From contig CALSCP010001656.1 in assembly GCA_943704425.1 (NCBI GenBank), positions 79,089 through 143,088 on the forward strand: a stretch of 64,000 bases of DNA, given 5' to 3'. Each line of letters opens with the position of its first letter. The stretch's first letter is position 1. The notes beneath the pieces are model-generated. The model did no database searches, was not told the origin of the DNA, and saw nothing but the letters and a program-made list of their open reading frames with translations. The translations under genes were made by a program, and so were the position numbers. Source of the DNA: Ministeria vibrans ATCC 50519 (lineage: Eukaryota; Protista; Filasterea). Positions 1 through 13,490 of the stretch are shown piece after piece.

Positions 1-240
1 AGAGAGAGAGAAACGAAGCGATAGAGAGAGAAAGTAAGTGATAGAGAGAGAAAGTAAGTGATAGAGAGAGAAACAAAGTGATAGAGAGAAACAAAGTGAT
101 AGAGAGAGAGAGAGAGAAACGAAGCGATAGAGAGAGAAAGTAAGTGATAGAGAGAGAAAGTAAGTGATAGAGAGAGAAACAAAGTGATAGAGAGAAACAA
201 AGTGATAGAGAGAGAGAAACAAAGCGATAGAGAGAGAGAA
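1..240. repeat. Intronic GA-rich minisatellite (unit ~GAGAAACAAAGTGATAGAGAGA)
   Basis: Tandem near-identical units are visible directly, inside the last visible intron of the CEPT1-like gene (minus-strand donor gtaagt at 274-269). Confidence 0.9.
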
Positions 241-274
241 TGAAGAAAGGAAAAAGTATTAGAAAGAGACTTAC

Positions 275-2421
275 GACGCCAACACAATAGTATGAATGGT
301 AGGCCAAAGCAATGAAGAAGAAGGAGAGCATTGCAACGTGCGAGTCAATGGACGGGACAAGCGCAGACGGACTCAGTTTGAAGAGCTAAACATACAGAAC
401 TCAGTATAAAGATATAACAATTATATTATATTATATGCGTCTGATTAAATGTGGCTTACAATGGCAATGGCAATAGGAAGCAGGAGAACCATCGAGGGGA
501 AAGGGGAGAAGCGCTGTGCAGTCATCTGATCAACAATGAGACGGCAGGACATGTGTGCAAAGCAGACGGCCATGGCAAGAAAGAAGAGCCGACGGTCGGA
601 TGAGTAGACGGACGGGAAGTGGTGCAGAAGCAGCGCAAACAGACCAGTCTGAAGCAAACAATACAATCCGAGAGAAAGTGAGAGAAAAAAAAAAGAAAAA
701 ATGAACACACAGTGACAAAGGATAAAAAAGAACACAATAATTATTAGTGATAAATAGAGGGAGAAAAGGAACAAAAATAATTCACTTAATTTTCTACCAT
801 TGAGAGAAAGGGCACAAGCGGAGTGAGTCCGTGCACAAAGGAACACTTGGGCGACTCACACGTCACAATGTTTGCCAGACACTGAATGGGCTGTACAATG
901 ATAAACCCACTCGCAAGCAACACAAAACACCAGATTAGACTCAAAGACGACCCAAAGAAAGGAACAGGCACAGGAAGTTCAAACGAAACCTATTAAAAAT
1001 GATCATCATCAATCAATCTCACTCGTTAATAACATTGCTTCTTACTTGCCAAAAGGACAAATGTTTGAATGACGTCACAACAAAACAGATTGTAATCAAC
1101 ACTTGACTGATGTCGTAGGCCCAAGGAAGAAACAATTTTCCTACGTTTGGCAAATAGTTAAAAAGTGTGTTCTTTTCTTAACCCCTCTCGTTTTTTTTTC
1201 TTTTCTTCCAACCAGTATTATATTTCTCCCAATGCGACAAATAAAAGGAGCCCATAATGCCGATAGAGAGCACAAAGGTAAACCACATGTCGTGTGTGAT
1301 CCCAAACATTTGCACCATGGCAATGAAAATCAACATTGTGTTGGCACTGTCCAATCCGTGGTCCTATTTGTAACAGTGTTATATTGTAATTATGAATTCG
1401 TTGTTGTTGATTACCATGAGTTCGCCCAAGGGAGTGCTTGAGCCGGTGCGACGGGCCTGTTTGCCGTCCATGCCGTCGAGCCAGTGTGCCGCCCACTGGA
1501 AGACGGCGGCCGCGAGCCACACGCAGCTGGGGATGACGGCGTGTGTGTTGTTGCTCGACTGCAAATCTCGCATGAGTACAATGTACATACATAACTTGGA
1601 ATTGTGTTGTGCGTGTTTTTATTTTTGTGGTACCGAGACGGCAGCTTGCATGTCATAGTCGTAGTAGGCGAGCATGGCAACGTTGAGGGAGAGCAGCACA
1701 AACCCGGCCACTGTCATGACGTTGGGTGCGAGCCACTTGGGCATGTACTGCACAAAGTGGTTCCACAGTGGGTGCATCACATACACAGCCAAGGGCGACT
1801 ACATAACAATAATAATAAGAAAATAAACAGATTATTTATTTAAGAAGAGTAAAATATTAATGAATAATAACATAATAACATTATCATAATAAATCAATGA
1901 GTAAAGTGACGTACAATAAAATGAACACAAAAGCATACAACCAATACTAATAATAGGAGAATTGCGATACGTCTTACGGCTATGCGGCTGTTTGTGAGCG
2001 AAGATGCGATTCTGGCGAAGATATGACTGTTTGAAGAGAGATTTTGATCGCAAAGTCTCATTGGAGACCATCGACAGCAACGACAGCGCACGGCATTGCA
2101 ACGGCAGCAACAGCCATGCCTAGACGAGTCACAGGACACGCAGACGGCGTTGCTGGCGAGCGCAGACGCACAGACAGAACACACTTTTGGGGGTTTCAGT
2201 CGCACATTTCACTCGCTCTCTCCTCACACACACATCCACCAAGCGCCAGCGCTCTGCACCAACGCTATTTGCTACACACACCCATCCAACTCACCGTGTC
2301 CTCGGCATTGTAGCGGTACTTGCTCAGTCCCTACTCACAAAAAACAAAGAGCAAAAAAGATCAAAATAGCAAAGTCACAATCGTTTCGGACCTGCAACGC
2401 TTCAAACGACACTGCCGGCAT
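275..2421 (-). CDS. Choline/ethanolamine phosphotransferase (CEPT1/EPT1 family, CDP-alcohol phosphotransferase); multi-exon, 3' end outside the window
   Basis: Spliced translation MPAVSFEALQ|GLSKYRYNAEDT|SPLAVYVMHPLWNHFVQYMPKWLAPNVMT. Family motif LDGMDGKQARRTGSSTPLGELM|DHGLD reads across GT-AG introns. Confidence 0.93.
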
Positions 2422-2716
2422 TGCAAATAGAAAACGACTCAAAAAGAAAGGGAGAACTGCGCTGGGTCCGGTCGGTGTGAGAGCGGGAACAGACTACAGA
2501 TCGGGAGAAACAATCAAACTCGAATGATTGAATTTTGAATAAATATTTCCAATTTTGGATGGACGCGCCCGGTCTTGTTGCTCAACACTCAAGAGTCAAG
2601 AGTTAAGAACTAAGATTGGTTGAGTTTGGTACAATCGATAAAACGTTATCGTTTGAATTGGATTAGTTATATCAGTTTCACAGTTTCAGTTTGTTTCATA
2701 CGTATGCACACATAGT

Positions 2717-5700
2717 ATGCTGCGCACCCTTGTGTTAGTGCTTGCCATGGCCTTGCTGGCGCCTGCCTCGGCGCCATGGGGTCCTCCCAGCCATTTGCGC
2801 GTTGATGCGATGACGTCACCGGCCACAGCTGCCTCCTCGACGCCCTCCTTCTCCTGGCGCGTCTCTGGCCCGCCTGGAGCACTCATTGCATCCTGGAAGA
2901 TTGTTGTGCGCGAGGCCGTGTCGAATGCCGTTGTGTGGGCGTCGACGCAGAAGGTACAGTGTTTTTTCGACGATTCACCCACACACACAGACACAACAAA
3001 CAAACAAACAAACAAACACACTCTCTCTTCCTGTGCAGGTGAACGGCCGCGACGTGCAGCATTACCAGACGGTCTACGGAGGCGAGCCGCTGCGGCCCAT
3101 GTCGCGGTACAGCTGGACCGTGGCGTGCAGCAGCGAGGCGGAGGCGTCGACGGAGAGCGCCGAAGCGACGTTCTACACACAGCTGAGTGTGGACGACTGG
3201 AGCGATTCAGTGTGGCTCGCCGGAAACCACACGGACACGCCGGCCGAGCGGACGCCCAACAACCTCTTTCGTAGCACCTTTGCCGTTCGAGCGGGCACCA
3301 TTGTGCATGCGCGCGCCTACGTGGCCGGCCTCGGCCTGTACCATCTGTTTGTGAATGGTGCGCGCACCAGCGATGCCATGCTCGCTCCCGGCTGGACCAC
3401 CTACGCCAAGGTACTCTTTCAAATGAAATACGCTAGAATATCGAAATATACGTTTCAAAGATAGAATAAATTATTATATTATGTTGTTTCACTCAGCGCG
3501 TTGAGTATGTCATTGAGGATGTGACGTCGCTTGTGCAGTCAGACGCACGCAACGCACTCGGAGTCATGTTAGGGGTCGGCTGGCGCGACTCTCGCTACTA
3601 CGTCAATCGCAACGCAGGTGTGCTCAAGCCCCAAACTGAGGTGAGGCCAACAATGTGAAGGTTGGCTGTATGCACCCTTGACTGTCTCTGTTGTGCATAG
3701 CGTTGTCTTCGACTGGTGCTTGTCATTGACTTTGACGATGGCACACAACAGAAGATTGTGTCGAACAACGAAACTTTCTTCACGGCAGCCGGGCCCGTCA
3801 CAATGGACTCGCTGTACCTGGGCGAGACATACGATGCGCGTCTGGAGCAGGACAAGTGGGCGGAGGCGTCGTTTGACAAGGCAGACTGGGCGCACGCAGT
3901 GCGCGTCGATGGGCCCAGCCGAGCGACACTTTCTGCACTCTCGCAGCCACCCGTGCGCGTTTCGCAGGTTCTGCCCTGTGTGAAACTTACCAGCCCCAGT
4001 GCAGGAGTGTACGTGTTTGATTTTGGACAGAACTTTGCGGGCGTGGGTCGGCTGCGCGTGACCGGTCCAAAGGGGCAAACGGTGACACTACGCTATGCGG
4101 AAATCATGAACGACACACACAATGGGGAGATCTCACAGGGGAATTTGCGCGCGGCCATCTCCACCGATCACTATACGCTCAAGGGCGATCCCAAAGGCGA
4201 AGTGTACACTCCTTTTTTCGCCCAACACGGATTCCGCTTTGTCGAGGTACAACATTGATTGGTTGTGTCGCCTGAAGTGGTCATTTGCTCTTTTGTTTTT
4301 TGTTTTGTTTTGTTTTGTGATAATCAGGTGACAAACTATCCGGGAAACATCAGCGAGAGGTCACTGGAGGGACTGCACTTTCACACGCAGGTGGGTTTGC
4401 GCGGTGATGTGTCGTTCGAGGGCGGATCTGCGTCCGTTCTCAATGGAATCCACAAGTCCATCGTGTGGGGTCAGCGATCGAATCTTATGAGTCTCCCAAC
4501 GGATGTAAGCAAGCAGAGAGCAGACCTTCTCGTCAAGTCCGGGCGTCGTGGGCTCCGGCGACGACTTTTACCAGCTGTCGTCNNNNNNNNNNAAGAAAAA
4601 AAAAAAAAAAAAAAACAATGTTGTGTGCGTGTGTAGTATAGACGTATTTTAACAACGCTTTGCTTTGACTGATATCTATGTACACTTTGTTTTAGTGCGA
4701 TCAGAGAGACGAGCGCCTCGGCTGGATGGGCGACACATCTCTCTCTTCCGAGCTATTTGGGATCAACTTTGAAATGGGGGCCTTCTTTCGACGCTATGCG
4801 GAGCTTATTCGTGACGAACAGGTCGACCTTCATCTGAGAGAAAGGAGGGGAAAAAAAGAGGGAGAAAGGGGGGAGACCATGTAGTGATTGAGAAAGAGAG
4901 AGAGAGAGTGTGTGTGTGTGTGTGCGGGTGTGTGTGTGTGTGTGCGGGTGGGAGAGACATAAAAGAGGAGATAGAAAAAGATGGGAGAGAGAAACAAAGT
5001 GAGAGAGAGGGTAGAAACGTTGGAGAAATATCCAAACTTGGGAAGAAGGAAGGAATAAGAGATTCAAGGGATACTGACCGAGTAAATATTTTATATTCTT
5101 AGGATTCGGACGGGTCAGTTCCGGACATTGTTCCGTGGGTGAATGGAGGACGACCGGCCGACCCGGCGTGGGGAGCAGCGTATCCACAGGTAGTTCATTG
5201 TGTACACACATATTGGTCACACTAAGACACACACACGCACACACACCGTAGCTTGTTTACACTCTTATGGTGTACTATGGTGATACGTCTACCGCAGCAA
5301 GTCATTTGGACAACCTTGTGGCCTATTTGAATGGTCTTAAGGCGCTCGTCGCAAAGAGCGGTCTTAAGAATATGTTTTTCCATTACGGGTACCGATAAAC
5401 TGTGGTGTTTGCAGTCCGTCTTATCCGCCTCTCTGTTTCGTTTCCAAACCCAAAGGGATTGGGTTCCGCCTCCGCCTGCGCCTAAAATGCTGAGTGCGGA
5501 ACTGAGTGCCTTTAACTACCTTCTGAACATTGAGCAAGTGGCATACATTGCGTCGCGTGTGGGTCGTATCGATGTTCATTCGGAAATGAGTGCTCTGGCG
5601 CAGAGTGTGCGCTCTGACTTTACCAGTGCCTTTTATGCCAACGGAACATACGTGAGTGGTCTTCAAGGCGAAATTGCGCTGCCACTGTTCCTTCAAAACG

Positions 5701-6086
5701 TCAACAGTGCGTCGGAGTACCACACTCTGCTTGACTCGCTTGTTCACGATATATCAGTGACACACAAGGGCCACTTCACAACGGGCATCAGCAGCACCAA
5801 GTTTATGATGCAGGCACTGCCCATGTGGGGAAAAGCGAGTGTAGCGCTTGAGATTGCCGAGAAGAACGATTACCCTAGCTGTACGTCATGTTTGGTGGGA
5901 AAGTCATTGAGGTCATTGAGTGTTCGGTTGTGTTTGTTTGTTTTTTAGGGGGATATATGATGTCGAATACACTTGAGCCTGCCACGACCATCTGGGAGTT
6001 GATGGATGCGCCGTTTGAAGGAAACTCGATGAACAGTCGAAACCATCACGTAAAGACTCTAACCGTATCAGCGAATCTTATTCACT

Positions 6087-6120
<34 letters not shown>

Positions 6121-7280
6121 CGTTGNNNGTGGCTCGAGGGAAAAGTGTTACCTGTAGCGCCATTTGTTGTAGTACTCGTTGGTCAGATGTGGAGTTCTGT
6201 TGGGTTGACATTTTACGAGCACTTTTTAGGCCTTCAACCTGACAAGTCGCGACGATTGGGTTATGTGGATTCTGTGATGCGTCCAGGAATTGTCAATGGT
6301 CTCTCGTCAGGTACGCGAAATTCATCCCCCGTACACCGATTCCGTATCGGTCGCATCTTACTTTCACTTTGTCTTTCATAGCGAGCGGGTTTATTGACAC
6401 GGCGCATGGCAATGTGTCACTGTCATGGAGTCGCAGTGGAGGGCGGCAGTGTGGACGGGGTGCTGAAGGTCATGCGGTGCGTGTGATGTGCGGTGGACGT
6501 GGCGGGGTGATTGAGCGCGTGTTGTTTGCGAGCTTTGGACGAGCTCAGGGCACGTGTGGAAGCTATGTGGAGAGTGTGGACTCACATGCTCCTGCGTCGA
6601 TGGCAGTTGTGGAGGCAGCGTGTGTGGGCAAAGAGTCGTGTGTGTTGGATGCGAGTGCCGATGCGTTTGGTGCCTCTTTATTGGAGACAGATGAACGTCG
6701 ATGGCTGGCGGTGGAGGTGCAGTGCAGTGAATTTGAAGCGTCGCTTGAAGTGGACACACGAGTGCCGTTGGGCGGTGAGAGCACAGTGGTCTTTGAGATT
6801 GCGGGGTTAGCAGACGCTACCATTTCAGCTGGCGGCAAGAGTGTGTGGGCTCACGGGCAGTACACCCCTGGGGCAATGGGTGTGCTCTCGGCCGAGCAAG
6901 ATACTGCGATGCAAACCGTCTCTGTGCGCACCAGCTCGGGTACCTATGCGTTTGTGCTATCCTCGGGCTCACCCGGTGAGCATGTTTGTGCCATGAGTGA
7001 TACCGACACACTGACCGTCGCATGCATCGGCAAGACGCGTGCCATTTCGGCCATTACGTTTGCATCGTATGGTGCAGTCAATGGCACGTGCGACAACAGC
7101 ACAGGATACGCACGACGCCATCCCGTGTGCCACGCACCCTCACTGCGCACTCTTATTAACACACACTGTGTGGGTCGCACAGAGTGCCGTGTTCAGCTCA
7201 ACGCCATGGACAAATGGCTCAGTTCTGCTGTTGACTGTCCCTCTCATGCGAATGCTCTTGTGCATGTCATTTGCGTTTGA
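2717..7280 (+). CDS. Secreted alpha-L-rhamnosidase-like protein (GH78) with two C-terminal SUEL/galactose-rhamnose lectin domains; multi-exon
   Basis: Signal peptide; GH78 motifs LYLGETYDAR, DFGQNFAG, HGFRFVEV, PTD|CDQRDERLGWMGD, ATTIWE, MNSRNH. SUEL repeats FASFGRAQGTCG...ACVGKESC and FASYGAVNGTC...HCVGRTEC. Confidence 0.93.
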
Positions 7281-7454
7281 TTAACACACAAAAACCACAA
7301 TGAAAGTGAACTCAAACTCTATTCAACACGTAATTTTGTTTCGAATACCAATAATAATAATAATAATAATAATAATTATTATTATTATTATTATTATTAC
7401 TACTACTACTATTATTATTATAAGAATTAAAAAAAGACTAAGAAAAAGTGTGTA

Positions 7455-9168
7455 CTACTGGACTGAGTCTCTCTGTCTTTGCCGTAACTTGTCTCTCTGA
7501 ACAACCTCCAACTGCCGCTCCACGTCATTGAAAAAGTCCATCAGAGTCGACGAGATAGTCTTGTCAATGACAGTGCGCGGAATCCATCCGCCAATGTCAG
7601 AGTTGATCTAATTGATTGAGGGGTTAGTACATTTAAAATTAATATAACTTGACGTGTGTGATCTGTTCGCTCGTACAATCCAAACGAGTTTGCACAGCTC
7701 CGGATGACCGTCGACGCGCGTAAAGATGTACCCACACGGCCCATTCATTCCTTTCACATTTTCCTAACCAACGGCAGTCAGTACATCACAGTTAGAATGA
7801 GCCACTGGCTTTTGGTACCTTTTGCACAGGGTAGCGGGGACCAGAGAGACCAAAGCCGCCTGACACGAGCCCATCGTCAACGGCCTTCCATCCGCAGCAA
7901 TCATAATACTCGCGAGCAGAGATAATCCCTCCGGCAACGGGAGTGCTATAAGCAAGTGAGTGTGAATATATATATACATATATATGTGTGTGTGAAGTAT
8001 GTGTCCATGTGTGTGCGTGTAATGTGTCTGCCAGCCCCTTTGTCTGTATGTGAATATATGTGCAACGTACGTAATAGTGTGAACAATTGAGACCGAGTCG
8101 GTGATCCATCGGTCCACTGTGAACAAACTCTGTGCGCGATTCCATTCCGGTTGCGAGTCAATGTCGCGCAATAGCTGGGCAAGAAATAAGATTACAATCC
8201 GTGACTTCAAGTGTTTAGTATCCTCTAATAACATACGAGATCAAACACCGTCTGAATGTCTGCGTTTAAAATGCCAATGACACGGAACAAACTGACAGGT
8301 TTGGCTGATTTGCGCTCCACAGTGATACCCATATTTTCCCTAATCACAAATAAAAGAAAGGAAAGACAGAGGGAAATAGAGAGAGAAGAAAAAAAACAGT
8401 GACAAAGACACAGAAAAAGACAGAGAGAATTCTCAAAATGAGCAAGGTTGTGTGTGCATGTGTGTGTAAGTGAGTGTCTTACGCGTCGAGTGTGTGTGGG
8501 AGGGGAATAAGCCTGTTGCGCTCTGTGACGTGAACCCAGTCGGGCGCCCCCGGTCGCCCTGTCGTGTACACCTCGTCCAGTACACGTCCACTCTCGCTTA
8601 CCTGTTACGCGATGTAATATTAGTATACATTTGTGTGTGTGTGTGTGTGTGTGTGCGTGTGTGTAGACCCTGACTGACTAACCCACTGCTTACCAATCGC
8701 ATATCTTCCGATGTCAGTGCTCTCTCACGACCCTTAGGCTCACTTTCGTTCTGCGACTGTGTCGAGTGTGAATGGAAATAGTCAGCGGCACTTGCTAGAT
8801 CGTGAAACTCTTCGCTATCACTCATTGTCCCTAAACCAGTAAGAACAATATCCCATCACATATCTCTTCCTGAGTACGCTGTAATGTGCCATTCCAACAT
8901 ACCGTTGATGAGGTGATCGTCGTCGTCGTGTGCCGGTGGTGTACCGTAAGCGCTGCTCTGTGCCGTATTCGACCGTCTAAAGAGAGAAAGCAAGCAGCAG
9001 TAATTGATAGTAGGCACTAAGTTTGTATTGAATTACGGTCTTGAATCGGAGTCGATTGTGATCCGTTCAGAGGAAAACAGAGGCGTTCGTTCGTGTGCGG
9101 TTCGCGAAGTGCCATTCGCCACAAACAAATCATCTTCTGCGCAATCATATGAGTTTTTTGGGGGGAGG

Positions 9169-9254
<86 letters not shown>

Positions 9255-10047
9255 TTAAAGAGAGAGAGAGGAAGAGATAAACAGAGAGCGGTTTGAGCGT
9301 TTTGTTAGTACCTCTGACTGGCCCATCGACTGGCAGCTGATTTGAGGCACAGCGGTAGTGNNNNNNNNNNNNNNNNNNNNNNNNNNNNNNNNNNNNNNNN
9401 NNNNNNNNNNNNNNNNNNNNNNNNNNNNNNNNNNNNNNNNNNNNNNNNNNNNNNNNNNNNNNNNNNNNNNNNNNNNNNNNNNNNNNNNNNNNNNNNNNNN
9501 NNNNNNNNNNNNNNNNNNNNNNNNNNNNNNNNNNNNNNNNNNNNNNNNNNNNNNNNNNNNNNNNNNNNNNNNNNNNNNNNNNNNNNNNNNNNNNNNNNNN
9601 NNNNNNNNNNNNNNNNNNNNNNNNNNNNNNNNNNNNNNNNNNNNNNNNNNNNNNNNNNNNNNNNNNNNNNNNGTACAGTGGATGGTGTTAGTCGTTGAGG
9701 CGCGCAAGCACCTCGTCGGGATAGTCGGATGAGGGCAGACAATGATGCATGCGCGTCGAGGGAGTGAGAGAGAGAGAGAGAAGGAGAGAGCTGGACCAAA
9801 GGAATAAGATTCGATGTACCGTAATGTCGAAGAGTGAGTCGGCAAACGAATAGTGAACCACCGTTGCGTCCCAGTACGCCGGAAGCCCGCCCTTCCCGCT
9901 TGTCTGCAACACAACAGCGTCAGTAAACATCCCACGGCCGTCCCCGGGTGCAGGCCAAGGCGCTACCTTGCCAACGAGCAGAAAGAGAGTCAGCATGAGC
10001 AAACCATCAAAGAGACACAGGACGGTAAACACGCTCTTTCCTTTCAT
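7455..10047 (-). CDS. STARD3/MLN64-like sterol transfer protein (N-terminal MENTAL-like membrane domain + C-terminal START domain); spans the assembly gap 9361-9671
   Basis: N-terminus FTVLCLFDGLLMLTLFLL...HYSFADSLFDIT resembles MENTAL. START pieces PEWNRAQ, TPVAGGIISAREY, VKGMNGPCGYIF and INSDIGGWIPRTVID; stop TAG at 7457-7455. Confidence 0.82.
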
Positions 10048-10275
10048 GCTGAGACCGATCCAAATCCCTCTCAGTGAAGCCGACGGTAGTGCAGCGGTGT
10101 CTTGTAGTGTTACAAGAAAGAAGGAGAGGCAAATTAATGACTAATATTTTTATAAACAAGTTCTTATTTCACAATAATATTAATTTCACAGTTCACTCAT
10201 CACTTGTCAAGTGATTTTTCTCTGCTCCAGGACTATATTTGAGTATCTACACGTGTCGCACGGCCTTCTTCTGCG

Positions 10276-11513
10276 ATGGACTTTGATTCGGTGTTGCTTG
10301 TCAAGCCTGAAGTGCTCTTGTACAAAATCCCACCGAGAACAACCAACCGCGGCTACAAGGTGAGCTCGACGCGTCCCTGGGTGCTGTGTGTGGTGCCGCT
10401 AGGGATTGGTGACGGTAGATGGGGCTGTCGCGCGGGCTCTGTGACGAATGGGCCAAACGAAAAGCGATTTTCGTTTGAAAGTTCAATTTTTACTGACTTT
10501 TGTCGCTCTAGGCGAGCGATTGGAACCTTCAATGCCCCATGTGGAGCGGTAGAGTACGCGTCGTGACGCGTGGCGACGAATTGTTTGTGCGATTCGAAGA
10601 CAAATCGACAGGCGAACTTTTCGCTGAATCGCACATCAAGGCATATCCTGGAGTCGACTTAGAATCGGTATGGAGAGACCGTTGCAGGCGCGTTCTGACC
10701 CAGACTCATGTATGTATGTTTGTGTGTGTGTGTGTTTTTGTGGTGTGTGTGTCTTTGTGGTGTATGTGTGTGTGTGTCTTTGTGGTGTGTGTGTCTTTGT
10801 GGTGTATGTGTGTGTGTGTCTTTGTGGTCTGTGTGTCTTTGTGGTGTATGTGAATGTGTGTTTGTGGTGTGTATGTGAATGTGTGTTTGTGGTGTGTGTG
10901 TAATTAGGTTGTGGACAGCAGTCGGTACTTTGTGCTTCAGATTGCGTCTGGGGCGCAACATGCCTTTATCGGAATGGGATTTGCCGAACGTGGAGACTCT
11001 TTTGATCTCCAGGCAGCAGTACAGGACCACTTTCGATACATCAAGGTGAACACTCCAAGTATCATGGGAGAGACGATAACTGTGTTGGAATTTGGAGTAG
11101 ACGTCGCGTGAAATTGCCGCTGCACCCCCTGACATGGGATCGAACAAGGACTACAGTTTGGGTTCGGGACAGAAGATTACCCTGAAGCTGAAGAGCGGGC
11201 CCGACGGCAAGCCCGTGCAGCACCATGCGCCCGCCAAGTCGGCGGCAGGAGGTGTCGGAGGTATGCTGTTGTAAATGGTATCGATCATCTCATAATACGT
11301 ATGTGTATTGTTGTATGGGTTTGTTTAGGACTGCTATTACCACCGCCACCGTCGTCGAGCGGGAAGGTCGTGGGACAGGCCGCCATGTCTGCGCCCGCTG
11401 CTGCCACTGCCACTGCCACTGCAGCTGGTGATACCTTTGACGACTGGGGCGACTTTTCCAGTGGTTCGGGGGCTCCCGCAAGCTCAGGGACTGATGACTG
11501 GGTGCAGTTTTAG
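10276..11513 (+). CDS. NECAP: Adaptin ear-binding coat-associated protein (NECAP); multi-exon
   Basis: [20 protein letters not shown]|[27 protein letters not shown] and the diagnostic C-terminal WVQF* motif. Confidence 0.95.
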
Positions 11514-11644
11514 AGAGAAGAGAGTCCAGTGAAATGAAATAATTACGAAAATTAATAATTAATCGGAGCGTTTCAATGTCAATCATTAACCACACTGTAA
11601 TTTTCATTCTAATCTCTAATTGCTTGCTTTCTGATCAATTTCCA

Positions 11645-13316
11645 ATGGATGAAGATGCGGCAGTGATCTACGGCCTCGGCCAGAAGGCGCGGGCGATGTG
11701 TCCGGTGCGCAGCGAGCCGGATGAGACGCAGTTTCTGGTGGGCACTCTTGCGCCGCGCAGGGACGACATGGCGATGCTGCACCGCGTGGCCTTTGACGAG
11801 GAGAACAACAGCATTGCCCGGAGCGTCGTCTACCAGCACCCCATGGGCGAGGTGTGGCAGGTGGCGTCGTCGCCGGGCCACAGCGCCATTTGCGCGACAG
11901 TCCATCTTCAGGTTCGCTTTTGCGCTTCATCTCCTGTGCTTCTGCTGCTCGCGACCCGCCGGGAATGTCCCAGTGGGTTTTGTGTAGTTTGTCGTGCGCG
12001 CCCAACGGCTGTTTATCTGTTGCTTCTTCGACCTATTGTCTCTTTTTTCGCCTTGTTGATTTTCTCTCTCGCTCTGTTGTGATGTTTCGCGCAGGTTCGT
12101 GAGAACAAGGCAATATCACGCGCATCGGTGCTGCGCTTGCCTGACCCACCGACCAACCCCAACGAATCGGCGTCGGTCGTGGAGCTGTGCCAATTGCCGC
12201 TGGCGGAGAATGCGTCTGCGCGCACTGTACTATTTCACCCGAATGAGTCGTCCACACGCATTGCGGCAGTCGACGAGAACGCCCTGACTGTGTTTGATCT
12301 GGGTGCGGACTGGGCGAGCGACGCTAAAGAAACATCAGCTATCCGGCTGGACGACAGGAGTCGCATGAAATTCACAACGGGCGTTTGGTGTCCACACCAT
12401 CAGGTCAGCCTGAACACACACTCTCGATGTGTGTGTGTTGACTTTTTTTATCGATGTGTGTGTGTGTGTGTATGCTTGTGTTGTTTGTAGTGTTCTCAAA
12501 TAGCGACTGCGAACGAGACGAGTGTGCGTGGATGGGATTTACGGTCAGGGAAACAATCGTATCACATTGAAAATGCGCATTCGCTGGTAAGAGCAACCGA
12601 AAAAAAAAATTGAATGAGTCAATGACACGAGCTTATATATCTATATACATATATATATGTGTGTGTGTGATGTAGATGGTACGCGACATTGACTTTAATG
12701 CGAACAAACCGTATATGGTTGTAAGTGGTGGCGATGATTGTCGAGTGCGCTTTTGGGACGTGAGAAACACTAAATCGGGTAAGACAAAGAGAGAATGAGA
12801 GGCATAAAATAGACACAATGAGGGAGTTATGTTATGTGCGTGAAAGAGTACTGAACAAGAGGACAGGGCCACTGAAAACTCTGAGCGACCACTCTCACTG
12901 GGTGTGGTCGGTGCGGTACAACCGCTTCCACGACCAGCTGGTGTTGTGCGGCAGTTCCGACTCGGATGCCTTTCTACATGCCGTCGCCTCCCTCAGCAGC
13001 GACCCCTGCGGTACCATGGCCGCCCTTGACGTGGACGACGACGACGACGACGACGACGCCAGCCATGACCGCCCTTCGTATGTGTTTGCATTGCACTCAC
13101 ATTGAAGCTGACTAGTTTTCTCTTTTCTGCGCGTCTAGACGGACTCCTCTCGAAGATCGTGTCGTGTGCCATTACGACGAGCACGAAGACTCCGTATATG
13201 CCGTCGAGTGGAGCGAGGCCGATCCCTGGATCTTTGCCTCCCTTTCCTACGACGGTCGACTTGTCATTAACCATGTGCCTCGCGAGGAGAAGTTTAAGAT
13301 AATGATGTTGAAGTAA
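11645..13316 (+). CDS. EIPR1: EARP/GARP-interacting WD40 protein EIPR1 (TSSC1); multi-exon
   Basis: [83 protein letters not shown]. Confidence 0.93.
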
Positions 13317-13490
13317 AGATGAGATATTCATTATAATAGAAAAAAGATACAAGAAATAGGGAGATGATAGAATCGAGAGCTGTAACAGCTGTTCTCAATG
13401 TCAAAACAAAACATAAAGTGAATGCTATGAACAATAATTATTAATTAATAATCGATTTATGATGTTATTCATTTATATTATTATTCTTAC

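Noticed and set aside
1800-2294. snoRNA or nested gene in the long CEPT1-like intron
   Set aside because: No C/D or H/ACA boxes, no convincing stems, and the ORFs are not protein-like.
275-2421. Selenoprotein I (Sec/SECIS) assignment
   Set aside because: The 3' exon and UTR lie outside the window, so no UGA or SECIS can be assessed.
9255-9935. ORFs spanning the long N run
   Set aside because: Artefacts of the assembly gap at 9361-9671.
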